The notes beneath the pieces were generated by a model that searched no databases, had not been told where the DNA came from, and was given only the letters and a program-made list of their open reading frames with translations. From the human T2T-CHM13v2.0 reference genome, Homo sapiens: a stretch of 64,000 bases of DNA. This document shows positions 22,173 through 60,479 of the stretch, one piece after another. A program made the translations under genes and the position numbers. The stretch lies in NCBI RefSeq assembly GCF_009914755.1, contig NC_060933.1, one strand, 5' to 3'. How positions within the stretch are numbered: the first letter of the stretch is position 1; each line of letters starts with the position of its first letter.

Positions 22173-22249
22173 AGTACTACACTCTCATCATTATAAAATT
22201 CAAGCATTGCAAAATTTTATACTATAGAAAGAGAAAGTTTAAAAAGTGA

Positions 22250-22554
22250 GGCCAAGGCGCAGTGGCTTACGCCTGTAATTCCAACACTTTGGGAGGCAGA
22301 GGCGGGTGGATCACGAAGTCAGGAGATCAAGACGATCCTGGCTAACACGGTGAAACCCCGTCTCTACTAAAAATACCAAAAAAATTAGCCAGGCATGGTG
22401 GCGGGCGCCTGTAGTCCCAGCTACTCGAGAGGCTGAGGCAGGAGAACGGCGTGAACCCGGAAGGCGGAGCTTATAGTGAGCCAAGATCGCGCCACTGCGC
22501 TCCAGCGGGGGCAACAGAATGAGACTCCGCCTCAAAAAAAAAAAAAAAAAAAAA
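22250..22554 (+). mobile_element. AluY-type element
   Basis: Y diagnostics (atcctggctaacacggtg, ggcgtgaacccgg, gcggagctt), long A tail, TSD AAAAAGTGA. Confidence 0.85.
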
Positions 22555-22649
22555 GTGAAAAGTCCTCTGTAATGCTCCTTCCCAGAGAACCTTTGTTAAC
22601 AGTGTCAGATGGTTTTTTTTCAAAGCTTGCAGTGATATTTTCTTTTTTT

Positions 22650-26995
<4,346 letters not shown>

Positions 26996-27870
26996 GTTTT
27001 TTTTTTTTTTTAATGGGATAATATGAAACGTTTTGTTTTATTTTACCTGCTAGTGAGCTTGCAGGCTGCTGCTTGTGGAACATTGTCTTCATGGCTGCAC
27101 GGGTCTGTGGTGAAGACATCCACACAGGATTTAGCCAGTTCCATCAGGATATGTTTGGGTGTTTGCAGTTTTTTACCATTTCAAGCCACACTGCAGTAAG
27201 CACCCTTGTAAATGCTCCCTATGCACTGCTGGGAGGGTCTTGGGCTAATTGCCAGTAGTAGAGCCGCTGGGACACAGGGCAAGAACATTTTTAATGTTCC
27301 CTACAGGAAGGTAAAGCCAGCTTTTCCTAGAGGGTAGAAGACCGTTGGTCCTGTACCCCCATTATTGGTGCGGCTGTCTTTGCTCAGCTGATCAATATGA
27401 CCCCTATTTGTTCTGAGCAGTGCCTGACCCATGAGAGCTGCGCAGACGTTCATAGTGACAGTCCTGCTGCTGCCAGCAGGGTCTGGAAATTGACCATCTT
27501 GTCAGGAAGATTCATCAAGTGGCTGAAGACGAAGAACTAAAAAAACCCCATGTTTGCCTTTTAACTCATTTAGGCAAGCCAGGAATGTCCAAAACTAGCC
27601 CTCGGCCAGAGCTGTCCTGCAAAACCGCCAGGGCCTTCCCTTCAAGGAGAGCACTGCCCCAGCCAGCCTCTGATTAGCATCTCTACACATGGATAGCCCG
27701 GCCGGCTGAATTCCCTTCCAGAATGCAGCCAACAGCCTTTTCCCCTGAATCATCGTGACTCCTGCAAACCAGCACTGAAGTGATTAACTTCCTTCTGGGC
27801 CACCCGGTAGCAAACGTCTCCTGGACACATCCACAGTTTTGTCCTGCTGCCACCTCAAAGAGAGCTGTGA

Positions 27871-28733
<863 letters not shown>

Positions 28734-29147
28734 CCTCCTTGTCACTCTTTAGACTTCAGCATTGGTGTCATTTCTGCAGGGAAGCTCTCCCTGACCCCTC
28801 CAGAGAAGAATGGTCCCTTTCTAGATACTCTTAGGGTACTAAGCTTGCAGCACTTAAAACGACAGCTCATTGTTGGGCCATTGCTATTTATGTCTATCTC
28901 CCCTCAGGCAGTGAGGTCACAGTTGTAGAATCTGTGTCCTGGTCTGCATCCCAGTACCTGGAAAGTGTCAGGCACATGCATCAGGCACATGTCAGTGTCT
29001 GGCAGACGGTGTAGCTCAGTGGATATGAGCATGAGGTCAGGGCCAGGCTGCCCAGGTTTGACTCCAGCCTCTATCAATACGGGCAAGTTACTGAATTTCT
29101 CTGCACTTTTCTTTTGCGCATCTGTAAAATGGGGATACTAGTACTTA

Positions 29148-29454
<307 letters not shown>

Positions 29455-30244
29455 TCATTAGGGTTGTTGGAGGGTTGCGTGAGTGAATATATGTGAGGTG
29501 CTAGGAATGGGCGCCTGGCCTGCAGAAAGTGCTGGATTAGTGCTCATGTTGGCATTAAGTGAACTGGTTATATGAGGGTCTCTAAGGATCCATGTATAGC
29601 AGGCCCTGGTGATTGCACCCAGCATAGGAGTTGCTTAGCCTGTCACAAGTATGTATGCTCTTTGCCATGGTTGTTGTCATGTCGGTGTTGCTGCCATGGG
29701 CCTATAGTTCTAGTGATAGTGACGATATACCCCCAGAAGCTGATGGCTGCCCCACCGTTCACATTACTCTGGCTCGGCGGCTTGCCCTGAGTGTGTCCAT
29801 CCACTCCTGCTCCTGCTGAAGAGAGCCTGGCCTTCCCCCACGTAACCGGTTCAGATTCCTCAGAGGACTTTTACCATCACCCTGTCGGGGCAGAGCTTTG
29901 CTGTTCTGGGGCAGGTGTCCTAGCAGCTGTCAGCAGGGACGTGTTACAGCACAGAATCTGGGTAAGGAACCATTCCCTGGGAGGAGGCTTGGACCCGGCT
30001 GGCTTTCCACGCCCAGGCCCCTCAGGACAGCTGCCACATAGGGAGGCACCATGTTGCTTGGGGGGCTTAACCACCTAATCAGATTTCCTCTGTTGGCAGA
30101 GTGTAGAGGACAGTCTTTGGGGAGCCACCCAGCCCACACCTGCTCCTCTGAGAACCCCTGAGAACTCCTTGGAAGGCAGCTTAGTAAAGTTGACCCCACA
30201 CCATTGGCTGACTGGGTGCCACCTGACCCAAGATGGGCCAATCA

Positions 30245-31710
<1,466 letters not shown>

Positions 31711-32744
31711 TCAACCACTCAAAGCTAACTGTGAGTGGGCTTCCACGCTCTTCCAAATGCACCATGCTGTGCATTTCCCCAAAATGCTGGCCCTGCCTCT
31801 GCAGAGGAAATGCTCCCACCCCTGCGGCAGGCAGCACAGCCAGGGCCGGCACCAGTGGGTGATTTACTGGTCTAGCTGAGGCTGACCCTGAGCCTTCCGG
31901 GAAGCATCTGCACTGCGGCTCCCATCACTGCCCTGGGAGCCGCTGCACGCCTGGGGAAGAGCCCAGCTGCCACAGCACAGGAAGCCCTCGAGTCTGTGTC
32001 AACTCCCGTCTCCGGCTGGACAGGACCAGCCAGGGAAGAGGAGCCTCCGTGAGGTCAGCAGGGGCCAGGCTCTGCTCGGGGCACTTGTTTTCTTTTCCTC
32101 TTACAAAATGGAAATTGCTTTATTTATTATAAATATAAATGCAGATGTATGATTTTTTAAAAAAGCATCACGCAAATGCGGAAAACTTTAAAGAAAAAAG
32201 CCTACCTCACCTCCGATCCCATTACTCAGAAAACACATACACACACACTTCTGTTTCCCCAGAAAGGAAATCAAACTGTACATAGAGAACCTGCTTTTGT
32301 TTTTTCTTTTGAGACAGGGTCTCACTCTGTCACCCAGGCTGGAGTGCGGTGATTCAGTCTTGGCTCACTGCAGCCTCTGCCTCCCAGGCTCAAGCGAACC
32401 TCATGCCTCAGCCTCCCAAGTAGCTGTACCACCACGCCCAGCTAATTTTTTTTTTTTTTTTTTTTTTTTTTTTGGAGAGACAGGGGTCTCACTATGCAGC
32501 CCAGGTTGGTCTCGAACTCCTGGGCTCCAGTGATCCTTCCGTCTCAGCCTCAAAGTGCTGGGATTACAGGTGTGAGCCACCTTGCCCGGCCAAATTTAGC
32601 TATTCTAATAGATATGTAGATGTATTTCCTTTTGGCTTTAATTCTCATTTCCCTGATGACTAATGAAGTGGGGAATTTTCGTGTCCTTGTTCCAGGCTAT
32701 CTCAGTATCTCATCAGTAAATGGAAATCTACCTTGAGATTTGTT

Positions 32745-33208
<464 letters not shown>

Positions 33209-33933
33209 TAGTGATGGACATCTTGGGTAGCTTGGATATTTTGCTTTCCACACGATGCTATGACACAAACCTAGCATGTACATTTCTGCGCTTTTGTCCA
33301 TGGCTTCCTGTGGCACCGATGGGTAAAAGGAGTGCTCCTGTTTAAGGCTTTTGAGACTTATTGACTAATAGCTCCCCTGGAAACCTGCACCTCTGACAGC
33401 CCCATTGGCAGCATATGGGGAACAATTCCTGCTTCTAATTCAAGCAGAAACCTCCAGCACGATGGCTTGCAGGCTTTGAGGAAGTCTTTCAAGTGTGACC
33501 TCATGACTTTTGGCAAGAAGCCAGAAATAAGGGCAGATTGGCCACAGGATTCACTTGAAGTGGCCTTGGAAAACCATTACGATGGACTGGGGGAGGCGAG
33601 GCTGTTTCAGTGGGGAAGAAGGGGAAGCGCTGGGGTCAGGCCTGGGGGTGAGCCCAGCAACAGTTCATTCCTCACCCTGCAAGCCCGGCCCAGCCACTTG
33701 GCCTCTCTCACATGAGCTTTCTCAGATGTGGAGCAGAACAAATACTAACCCTCAAGCGTGTGAAAGCCCTTTACAAACTCAAAAACAACCCCCAAAGGTG
33801 TGTTGGGAGGACCTTTTGTTTCCTCCCCGGAAGCGTGGGCGGCATGCACTTCCTGGTTGTCTGTCTGAGAGCACCTGCCTGAAGAGGATGCTGAGGAGAG
33901 ACAGAGCAGGCTCCGGTGAGGGAAGAGGGGAGG

Positions 33934-34766
<833 letters not shown>

Positions 34767-35741
34767 GGAGGACAGGCTGGCACCCTGGGCCTTAGGGACG
34801 CCTCCATTGGCGGCATTCCAGGTGAGGAAGGCACCAGGGGTGTGTGAGAGCAGGGGCCCTTGTGTCCTCTGGCATCGCGGAGCAGTGCTCTTTGCTTTGG
34901 GTTAGGGTTCACATGAAGGGAGAGAGAAATAACCCCAAGCAGGGGCCTTGAATGCCAGGCTGGGGGCATGCTGGAGGCACTGGGGAGCCACCGAGGATTT
35001 CAGGCAGGGCAGAGAGGTGATGAGGACTTGCTTTTAGCAGTGGGGATGGAGTGAGGGAGCTCTGGGCCTGGAGTCAGAGCCCTGGGTTCAAGTTCCAGCA
35101 CTGCCTCTCTGGTGACGTTGGGGGCATGTTGCAGATGCCCTCCGGATTTGCACTCCCTTTCCTGAAAACGGTCGGGCTAGTTCTGGGGTCCTTCCTAGTC
35201 AAGGAACATAGCTGGCCCGGCCTAGTCAGGCCCTTTTGGGATCCAAGGGAATTCTCTGACCTGACACCTAGAAGGTAGAGAAAGTAAGAAAATAATAATG
35301 ATGATAATAATAGCAACATTTATTGAGCACTAACCATGGGTTAAGAATGTTCTGTGATACATCTCATTTAATTTCACCATTCTGTCAATGGCTCTCCAGT
35401 GCTCTTCGTTTAAAGGTCAACATCCCCATTGTGACCCACAAGGCCCCATGGTATGGCCCTGCTGGCCACCTTCGGCCTCATCTCAGACCTCTCTCCTCTT
35501 CACTCTGCACTCAGCTTCTCAGTCCCAGAAAAGAATGACCCGCTCCTCCCATCTCAGGGCTTTGCACAAGCCCTCCTGCATCCGGGAATGCCGTCACCCT
35601 GGTCTCCACTGGCTCAGCCCCTCCATCCTCTGCTCTCAGCCCCACAGCCAGGTCATTGCCCTGCCCTCCCGCAAATCAGTTTCCTGTGTATGTACCTGAC
35701 TCCATTTCAGATAACAAAGCCCTGCGTAGAAGTACTTCTGA

Positions 35742-36805
<1,064 letters not shown>

Positions 36806-37284
36806 TTACTGAAGTAATAAACAATAAACAACAGAGCCCAACAGTTGGTTTGTTCTCATCCACATTTTTCTCAAAAGCAAAAATGGGCTCAGAGATCAGA
36901 GGTTTGTCCAGGGTTACCAGGTGAGGCTGGAGGGTCCCCCTCTTTACAGGAGGCAGGGGCTGGGCTGGGGCCCATCTGAGTCGAGGGTCACTGTGAGTGG
37001 AGGTCAAGGCTGGAGGAACTGGGCCCGTCTAGGGGGCGGGTCAGCTGGGGAAGCACCTTAGAAAGGATGTGCTGAGCACAGCTGCCCAGGCAGAAGAGGA
37101 AGGAACCCAGGGCTCCTGTGGCTGCAGCCGATCTTCCCGAGTCTGGCCCCACCCCCGAACCCCGGCCACTCTGTAACACTTCCACACACTCCCTCTGGCC
37201 AATGTTGCTACTTAAATGGCTTTTCAAGGTGGGTCACACCAGGTACGGACAAGGGTTGAAGGCCAGGCCCACTTGCCCACTGCC

Positions 37285-37665
37285 CACAGAAGTATAAATC
37301 GGTCTGACCATTTTAGAGGATGGTTTGGCAATATCTGTGAAAACATGCAAAGTGCAAACCCTTTGACCCAGTAATTCCGCTTCTGGGAACTTATCCTAAA
37401 GAAACGCTAACGTCCATGAAATTGGCAATGTTATTCACACAGGGGGTTATTTACTGTAGCACTGATTGTCATGGCAAAGAACTGGAAGCCACCTAATGTC
37501 CATCAGGAGGAAATGGATAAGTAAATTATGCTTGCAGTTCCCATGGAAAACTACAGTCATTCAAAACAATGAGCCTGTCTATATGAAATGCCAGAGGAGG
37601 ATGTTCATGATATATATAGGTATTGTTAAGATTTCTTAAAGTTGCGGAACAATATGTTTCAATTA
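37285..37665 (+). mobile_element. L1ME-type fragment
   Basis: ccctttgacccagtaattccgcttctgggaacttatcctaaagaaa; actggaagccacctaatgtccatca; atggataagtaaattatg. Confidence 0.75.
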
Positions 37666-37719
37666 TCTATTGCTGAATTGCAAAGTACCCGGAAACTGGC
37701 CCTTCTTCAGCATCATGTG

Positions 37720-38085
37720 GCAGCAGGGGTCACTGATGCGGGTGCATTCAACTGGGAGTTTGGCTGGGGCTCGAACTTCCAAGGATGAGAGGATGATGCC
37801 CTCTCATCCTCCAGCACCCATCTCCACATGGCCTTATCATTCCACAGTCCTGCCTGAGCCTCCTTCCAGCACGGGGGTTTGATCCCAAGAGTGAGTACTG
37901 TATTTCAAGAAAACAAGCCTCCAAGTGTAAACCCTTATTGAAACTCTGCAGCAGGCTTACTAGTGTCCCTTTGACCCAAGTTTATCACATGACCAGGCCC
38001 AAATTCAACATGTGACAACCTACATCAGGGCCTAGATGCTGGAGGCAAGATACACCAGGGCCATTATTAACAATCTAGTATAACA
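37720..38085 (-). mobile_element. MaLR LTR fragment (MLT1H/G-like)
   Basis: tgcattcaactgggagtttggctggggct...ctccacatggcc...tcacatgaccaggcccaaattcaa. Confidence 0.6.
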
Positions 38086-38117
38086 TATGTAATAGGATCA
38101 TATTTTATTAAGAAACC

Positions 38118-41625
<3,508 letters not shown>

Positions 41626-41906
41626 TAACAGAGGATCTGGGAGATCATCAGTGGGGAAAGCGCTTCCTCATTCCCGTTCACAGTTGTCCCATGCTCCTGC
41701 CCACCGCCTGCCAATGCACGTGTGGGTTGCTTCTGACCTTTGCAATTGCACCAATTAAGTTTAAGTCACTGAGGCAGTCAGCCTTCAGGATGGCCTCCAA
41801 GGATTCCCACCTCCGGGTATTCATGCCTTCAAGTGGTCCACTCCTGGTGAGAGCAGGGCCTAGTGACCAGATTCTAATGCATAGAGGACAGCAAATGTCA
41901 GGGATG

Positions 41907-43821
<1,915 letters not shown>

Positions 43822-44264
43822 GAGGCCAGATGCAGTGGCTTATGCTTGTAATCCCAGAACCTTGAGGCCAGGAGTTTCAGACTGGCCTGGGCAACATAGC
43901 AAGACCTCATCTCTACAAAAAATACAAAAAAATTAGTCAAGCGTGGTGCTCCAGGCCTGTAGTCTCAGCTACTTGGGAGGCTGAGGTGGGAGAATCAGCT
44001 GAGCCCAGGCTGCAGTGAGCCATGATCACACCACTGCACTAAAGCCTGGGCAACAGAGCGAGACTCTGTCTCAAAAAAATAAAAAAAACTCATCCGGGCA
44101 TGGTGGCACATCCCTGTAGTCCCAGCTATTCAGGAGGCTGAGACAGGAGGATCCCTTGTGCCCAGGAGTTTGAGTTACTGTGAGCCTTGATAGCACAGCT
44201 GCATTCCAGCCTGGGCAACAGAATAAGATCCTGTCTCAATTTTTTTTTTTTTTTTTTTTTTTGA

Positions 44265-44470
<206 letters not shown>

Positions 44471-44675
44471 TGACCTCAGGTGATCCACTTGCCTTGACCT
44501 CCCAAAGTGCTGGGACTATAGGTGTGAGCCACCGCACCCAGCTCAATTTTTTTTTTTAGAAAAAGGGTAATTCAGGAAAAAAAGCGACAGGACATCACTT
44601 TTTTTTTTTTTTTTGAGACAGAGTCTTGCTCTGTCACCCAGTCTGGAGTGCAGCGGCACGATCTTGGCTCACTGA

Positions 44676-45414
<739 letters not shown>

Positions 45415-45660
45415 TGAGAGTAGGTTACGAAAGGACCCTGGCTTCCCTCCTGCTTGCCTCCTCTGGCTTGCTGGCTCTGACGAAGCCTCCCACCACTGTA
45501 TGAGCTGCCCTATGAAGACACCCACATGGCCAGGAACATGAGAGATGCCTTGGCCAACAGCTGTCGAGGAGCTAAGCCCCTCAGCCCAACAGGCCATGAG
45601 GAACAGAATCCTGCCAGCATTCAGGTGAGTGAGCTTGGAAGCAAATCCTCCCCCATCTGA

Positions 45661-46223
<563 letters not shown>

Positions 46224-46469
46224 TGATATGCAGGCAGCCATAGCTAACTAATAGTTTCCCTGTCTTTTCAGTTATTTTCTCTTTGGCCTGGGGCCCTTGA
46301 CATACCCCTGTTTGGCTCGGATAGAAGCAGAAATACTAACACAGGCCGGGCTCCGGGTTGTTGGCCTCCACAAGGTGCAGTATGAAGGCTGGTAATTTTA
46401 TGAGATTATTAAAATAAAAATTCAAGCCTTGAAAATTCTCAGAAAAGAACTCAAAAGCCACAATTTTCA

Positions 46470-47728
<1,259 letters not shown>

Positions 47729-47838
47729 TGATCTTGAACTCCTGGGCTCAAGCGATCTGTCCTCCTTGGCCTCCCAAAGTGTTGGCCTCCCAAGTGTTGG
47801 GAGGTATGAACCACCGTGCTTAGTCTCTGTCTCTATGT

Positions 47839-47871
<33 letters not shown>

Positions 47872-48483
47872 CACTGGGTTTGAAGTCAGGCAGATGTGCT
47901 TGCATACTCTTCACACCCTTACCAGCTAGGAGCTGGGAGACCTTGGGTGAGTGACGTCGCCTCTCTGACTTCCAGGTTCTCCATCTGGAGCCTCCTCAGA
48001 GAGTTGCTGGGAGGGTCCTACATGCTCCTGCAGGGCAGGTCCTCAGCACACCACTCAGTGTGCACGCAGGGAACAGCAGCGATCACGCTTCTCGACCTTG
48101 GTGAGTCCAGTGCTGCCGGTTTGCAGACTCATGCGGATACACATGACAGTCTGCAAACAATTCCTGGGGCTCTGTGACCTGGAGATGTCCATCCTCAAAC
48201 AGCCCCACCCCAGATGACAGGCCCTACCCAGGACAGAAAGAGGCAAGAGGGACACTGGGTCAGAAGGCTGTGTTCCTGACTGGCCAACTGCCCTGGGCAG
48301 GCTGGGCCGCCATGCGGGGAGCTTTAACTTCTAGAATGTGCCGCATTAGCACTTCCTTCCTGGGTGGCTGGCAGCTTCTGGGGGCAGCTTCTGTGACAGG
48401 AGAGCGGCAGTGAAAGCTGGCATAAGCTGGGAGCGGTGGCTCAAGTAATCCCAGCACTTTGGGAGGACTAAGAGGGTGGATCA

Positions 48484-48738
<255 letters not shown>

Positions 48739-48789
48739 CTAGGGGCCAAGGGGTAGGTGGTCCTGCAGCCAGAAAGTAGGAGCCATGTC

Positions 48790-49110
48790 CAGAGGGGAGC
48801 AGGTCTGGCCAATGGAATGTGAAAAAACTGGGCACCATTTCCAGACTTGACTCATAAAGAACTCCCACTTCCTCCTCTACCCTCTGGCCTGCCCCATCTG
48901 CCAGCTGGATGTCTGTGCCCAGGGCTGCCCAGGAGGCCACATGTGAAGATAGCAGAGGCTCCATCAGCCAGGATCACTGCACGGCTCCATGGCCCAAAGC
49001 CCCTTCTCACCTACCCCTTCCTGCTGCTGACTGGACTTTACAAGAGCAAGAAATAAACTTCTAATCTGTTAAGTACTGAGATTTCAAAGGTTATTGGTGA
49101 ATGAAGCCAA
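48790..49110 (+). mobile_element. Old MaLR LTR fragment (MLT1I/J-like)
   Basis: tctggccaatggaatgtga; ggaggccacatgtgaagatagcagag; gcaagaaataaacttct...ttaagtactgagattt. Confidence 0.65.
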
Positions 49111-49785
49111 TTTATTATATTTTTCTATCAGAATCGCCTTGGGCAAGTCTTTTAAAAGTTATGTTTTTCCATTAATTTACCAAATGAAGACATCTAAAAC
49201 ATGCAAACCTCACAGAATGAATGAAAGTCCCTGTCATCCCTGCTTGCTCTGCAACGAGTGATAACCACTACTAATAGTTTGGGTATAGTCTTCCAGGGTT
49301 TTTTCCTACGTATGCACATCGTGTTTTGGTTTTTGTTTGTTTGTTTGTCTTTGAGACAGAGTCTCACTCTGTCACCCAGGCTGGAGTACAGTGGCACGAT
49401 CTTAGCTCACTGCAACCTCCACCTCCCAGGTCAAGTGATTTTCCTGTCTCAGCTTCCTGAGTAGCTGGGATTACAGGCGGGCGCCACCACACCCGGCTGA
49501 TTTTTGTATTTTTAGTAGAGACAGGGTTTCACTATGTTGGCCAGGCTGGTCTTGAACTCCTGACCTCAGGTGATCCACCCACCTAGACCTCCCAAAGTGC
49601 TGGGATTACAGGCGTGAGCCATCGCGCCTGGCACATCATGTTTTTATACAAAAGCATCACACCATATATATTGTTCTGCAAGATGTCCTTTCCTTCAGCA
49701 GCATACCTTGGAAATCCCCACGTTTGAAAGCCTGAATCTACCTCATTCTTTTTAACTTTAGTCTGGCATTCCGTAGCACGTGTAA

Positions 49786-49921
<136 letters not shown>

Positions 49922-50117
49922 TAGCTGGGACTACAGGCACACGCCACTACGCCCAGCTAATTTTTGTATTTTTAGTAGAGATGAGGTTTCACCATGTTGG
50001 CCAGGATGGTCTCCATCTCTTGACCTCGTGATCCACCCACCTCAGCCTCCCAAAGTGCTGGGATTATAGCCGTGAGCCACCACACCCAGCCACTAAAATG
50101 TATTTAATGGAGCCCTC

Positions 50118-50856
<739 letters not shown>

Positions 50857-51608
50857 TTTTTTTTTTTTTTTTTAAATAAAGTTTTTTTTTTTTTATTTTT
50901 TTTTCATAGAGATGGGGTCTCTCTATGTTACCCAGGCTGGTCTCAAACTCATGGGCTCAAGCAATCCTCCCACCCTACCTCCCAAAGTGCCAGGATTACA
51001 GGTGTGAGCCACCTTGCACAGGCTGTTTTTCTTTCCTAGAAACAGGGTCTCCCTCTGTTGTAGTGGTGTGATTATAGCTTCCTGCAGTCTCAAATTCCTG
51101 GGCTCAAGTGATCCTCCCGCCTCAGCCTCCCAAGTAGCGAGGACCACAGGTGCACGCCACCACGCCCGCACCTTTCCATTCTAAACCCAGCTGCAGGGAA
51201 CATCCTTGCTGGCTTCCCTTTGCTCACCTGTGAAAGGTGGGAGGGGGTGTTCCCTATGGCAGTTTACAAGCATCAGCTCATGGAATTCTCATCACACCAC
51301 TCTGGTGAAACAGATTCAAATGTGCATTTGGCAGAGGAAGGGGTTGGATTCCGTGATTGCTGGGCCCTTCAAGGATTCATAGTGCCCTCGGGAACAGAGC
51401 CGTCTTGGTCTAGATAGGCTTTTTCAGTGGGAGGAGAGGGTCAAGGAAGCTGAGAAGTGGAGATGAACCGTAGTAATGCTAGCCTCACACCTGGACCTTC
51501 TTCGGTAAATGAAAGGTGGGGCAGGGCCACCACCCCATCACACAGAGGAGGAAACTGAGGTTCAGAGAGGGGCAGAGACTTGTCTCAGGCTGCACAGCTG
51601 ATCAGTGA

Positions 51609-52091
<483 letters not shown>

Positions 52092-53610
52092 TAGGTGTGG
52101 AACACCGCAGGCACCATGCATGCTGAGCACCGTAGCCATGTGCAGGCAGGAGCTGCTGTGGCCCCTGTGTCTGGGGCAGACGAGAGAGGAAGGAAAGAGG
52201 AGGCACGGCCTCGCATGAGAGATTAACTTGCGATGCCTCATTATCGCAAATTCATATCTTTGAGGCAGAACCAGAAACAGGATGTGGGTTCCCCTTTAAG
52301 GGGCTGGTGCCTCACATTGACAGGTACCATGGGACACATGTGAGCATCATGGGACAGGTAGTGTCGGTAAGAGGTTGGCACCCAGGCTTTGGAGTCAACA
52401 GGCTCCTGGCTGTGTGACTGCAGATTCGTGGCTTGACCTCTCTGGGCTTCTGAATAGCACGGGTTGTTAGGCCTGGTGGAACAGTGCTCAATAAATAGTG
52501 ACAAGGTACTGAGCACTCCAACAAGTGTTGGAGGCAGGGGCAATTATTTGCCAAAAGAGGCAAAGCCTGTGGAGCGGCCTGGCCAGCTTTACCCCCGTCC
52601 CTGCTGCCACATCCATCCGCGGTCCTCTGCCCGAGCCCAGCCCTACCAAGCAAACACACCATCAAGAGGAGGCAGGTTGCTATGGCAGTACAGCTTCTGG
52701 AAAGGCCCTGGCCTCCCACACAATATCCCTCCACTGTGGTGGCCCCAGGCTTTTCCTGTGGAGGCTTCTGAGGTTGCTCCAGCCTGAGGCCAGCCTGGCC
52801 CAGATGCTGACCCAGACACAGCTGTGTTCACATGACACGGGTTTGCCGAGTACCTACCAGGTTCACATGAGCAGGACAGGCAAGGGCCACCCTGCCCTTC
52901 CCTCCTCCCAGGGCTCGACCTGGGCCCTGTAAGTGTCACTTGCATTTAGGAGCTACAATACAGCTCTCAGGAATGTCCTGAGTGTCAGGATGACAGGAAG
53001 AAAGGGAGAGCCCAGGTTCAAGAAAAGGACACTGGATTGGGTGTTAAAGGCCCATGTCTCGGCCTAACTCAGCCTTAGTGTCTCTGTGGTTGTGAGCAAA
53101 CACCCATTTCTCTCTGGGTGTTTAGAACTGAGGGGAGTACATGGAGTTCTTTCAAACTAGTCAAAACAGAAGCCGAGCTGTGCACTCAGGAGGCAGGCAG
53201 CCCCTTGTTTTGGACTATCGTCTATCACTTACTCGCTGGGTGGCTTAAAGGAAGTTACTCAACATCTCTGAGCCATTTCCTCATCTCAAACTTTTGAATA
53301 ACAATCCAAGGTTATTCAGAATACTAAATGAAGGCCAGGCATGGTGGCTCACATCTGCAATCCCAGAACTTTAGGAGGCCGAGGTGGGTGGATCACTTGA
53401 GGCCAGGAGTTCAAGACCAGCTAGGGCAACATAGCAAGACCTCAGCTCGGCAAAAATTTTTTAAAAATTAAGTCAACAAATAAATAATAGAATACTAAAT
53501 GGGAACATTTACAGTGCTTAGAACACTTACAGTAGGAGCTCAATACATAGCAGCTGTTGCAATTAGCTCATTTTTTTCTTTAAAATAATTTCCACTTTAT
53601 CAAAATAATA

Positions 53611-54420
<810 letters not shown>

Positions 54421-54725
54421 TACGTGCAGGGAAAGCAAAATAAACTTACCCTAAAGGCAGATAACATGCAGTGGTTTCCTGTCTGCCTCCCCAATCTCCC
54501 CACGCCGCCTCCCTAGAAGCAACCACTTTTGGCTCTGTGAGCAGTTTCTTTCCAGCACTTACACATTTTATATTTCTAAATAATAAGCACATGCTGCTAT
54601 CTTTGGGCAGATTTGTTTTAGCCCTGTCGCCTGTCTACCCTCCGCTATCTACCAACCACCCAGTACGACGAAAGAGGAGTCGTCCACTGTGGAAGTCATG
54701 TGGCCTTTTAGAGTTAAATCACTAG

Positions 54726-55013
<288 letters not shown>

Positions 55014-55216
55014 TGATCTGCCCGCCTCGGCCTCCCAAAGTGCTGGGATTACAGATGTGAGCCACCGCACCCAGTCCCTTTTATTCTCCTTTTTGAGACA
55101 AAGTCTTGCTCTGTTTCCCAGACTGGAATGCAGTGATGCGATGACAGCTTACTGCAGCCTCAACCTTCCAGGCTCAAGCAATCGTCCTGCCTCAGCCACC
55201 TGAGTAGCTGGGACTA

Positions 55217-55504
<288 letters not shown>

Positions 55505-55841
55505 TCACCATGTTGTCCAGGCTGATATCAGACTCCTGGGCTCAAGCAAACCTCCGGCCTCAGCTTCCTGAAGTGCTAGGATTACAGGCATGAGACACCA
55601 TGCCCAGCCTTATGAAGAAGAGTGATTTTTAAAATTGAGGTATCACTCTTCAGTATTCACATAAGTTTTTTTGTTTGTTTGTTTGTTTCGGAGCCGGAGT
55701 CTCGCTCTGTTGCCAGGCTGGAGTGCGGGATTACATTCGTGAGCCACCTCGCCGGGCCAAGTTTTTTATGTAACCATTTTTCATAACTAAGCATTGCATG
55801 TATTTCCTTTCTTACTCTATTTTTTTCTGAAATTAATAATT

Positions 55842-59520
<3,679 letters not shown>

Positions 59521-59844
59521 ATTTATTTATTTATTTATCTATTCTAAGACAAGGTCTCACTCTGTCACCCAGGGTGGAGTGCAGTGGCATGATGACAGCT
59601 CACCACAGCCTCGACTTCCTGGGCAATTCTCCTGCCTTATCCTCCAGAGTAACTAGGACTACAGGGGTGCCACCACACCTGGCTAGTTTTTGTTTGCTTG
59701 TTTGTAGAGAGGGTCTTGCTTTGTTGCTTAAGCTGGTCTCAAATTCCTGGGCTCAAGTGATCCTCCCACCTCCGCCTTCCAAAGTGCTGGGATTACAGGC
59801 ATGCGCTACCACACTTAGCCTGGCTTTAAAAAATCTTGGCCACA

Positions 59845-60479
<635 letters not shown>

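Noticed and set aside
54661-54689. CAGTACGACGAAAGAGGAGTCGTCCACTG hairpin resembling part of a hammerhead ribozyme
   Set aside because: No CTGANGA core or three-way junction nearby; only a short stem.
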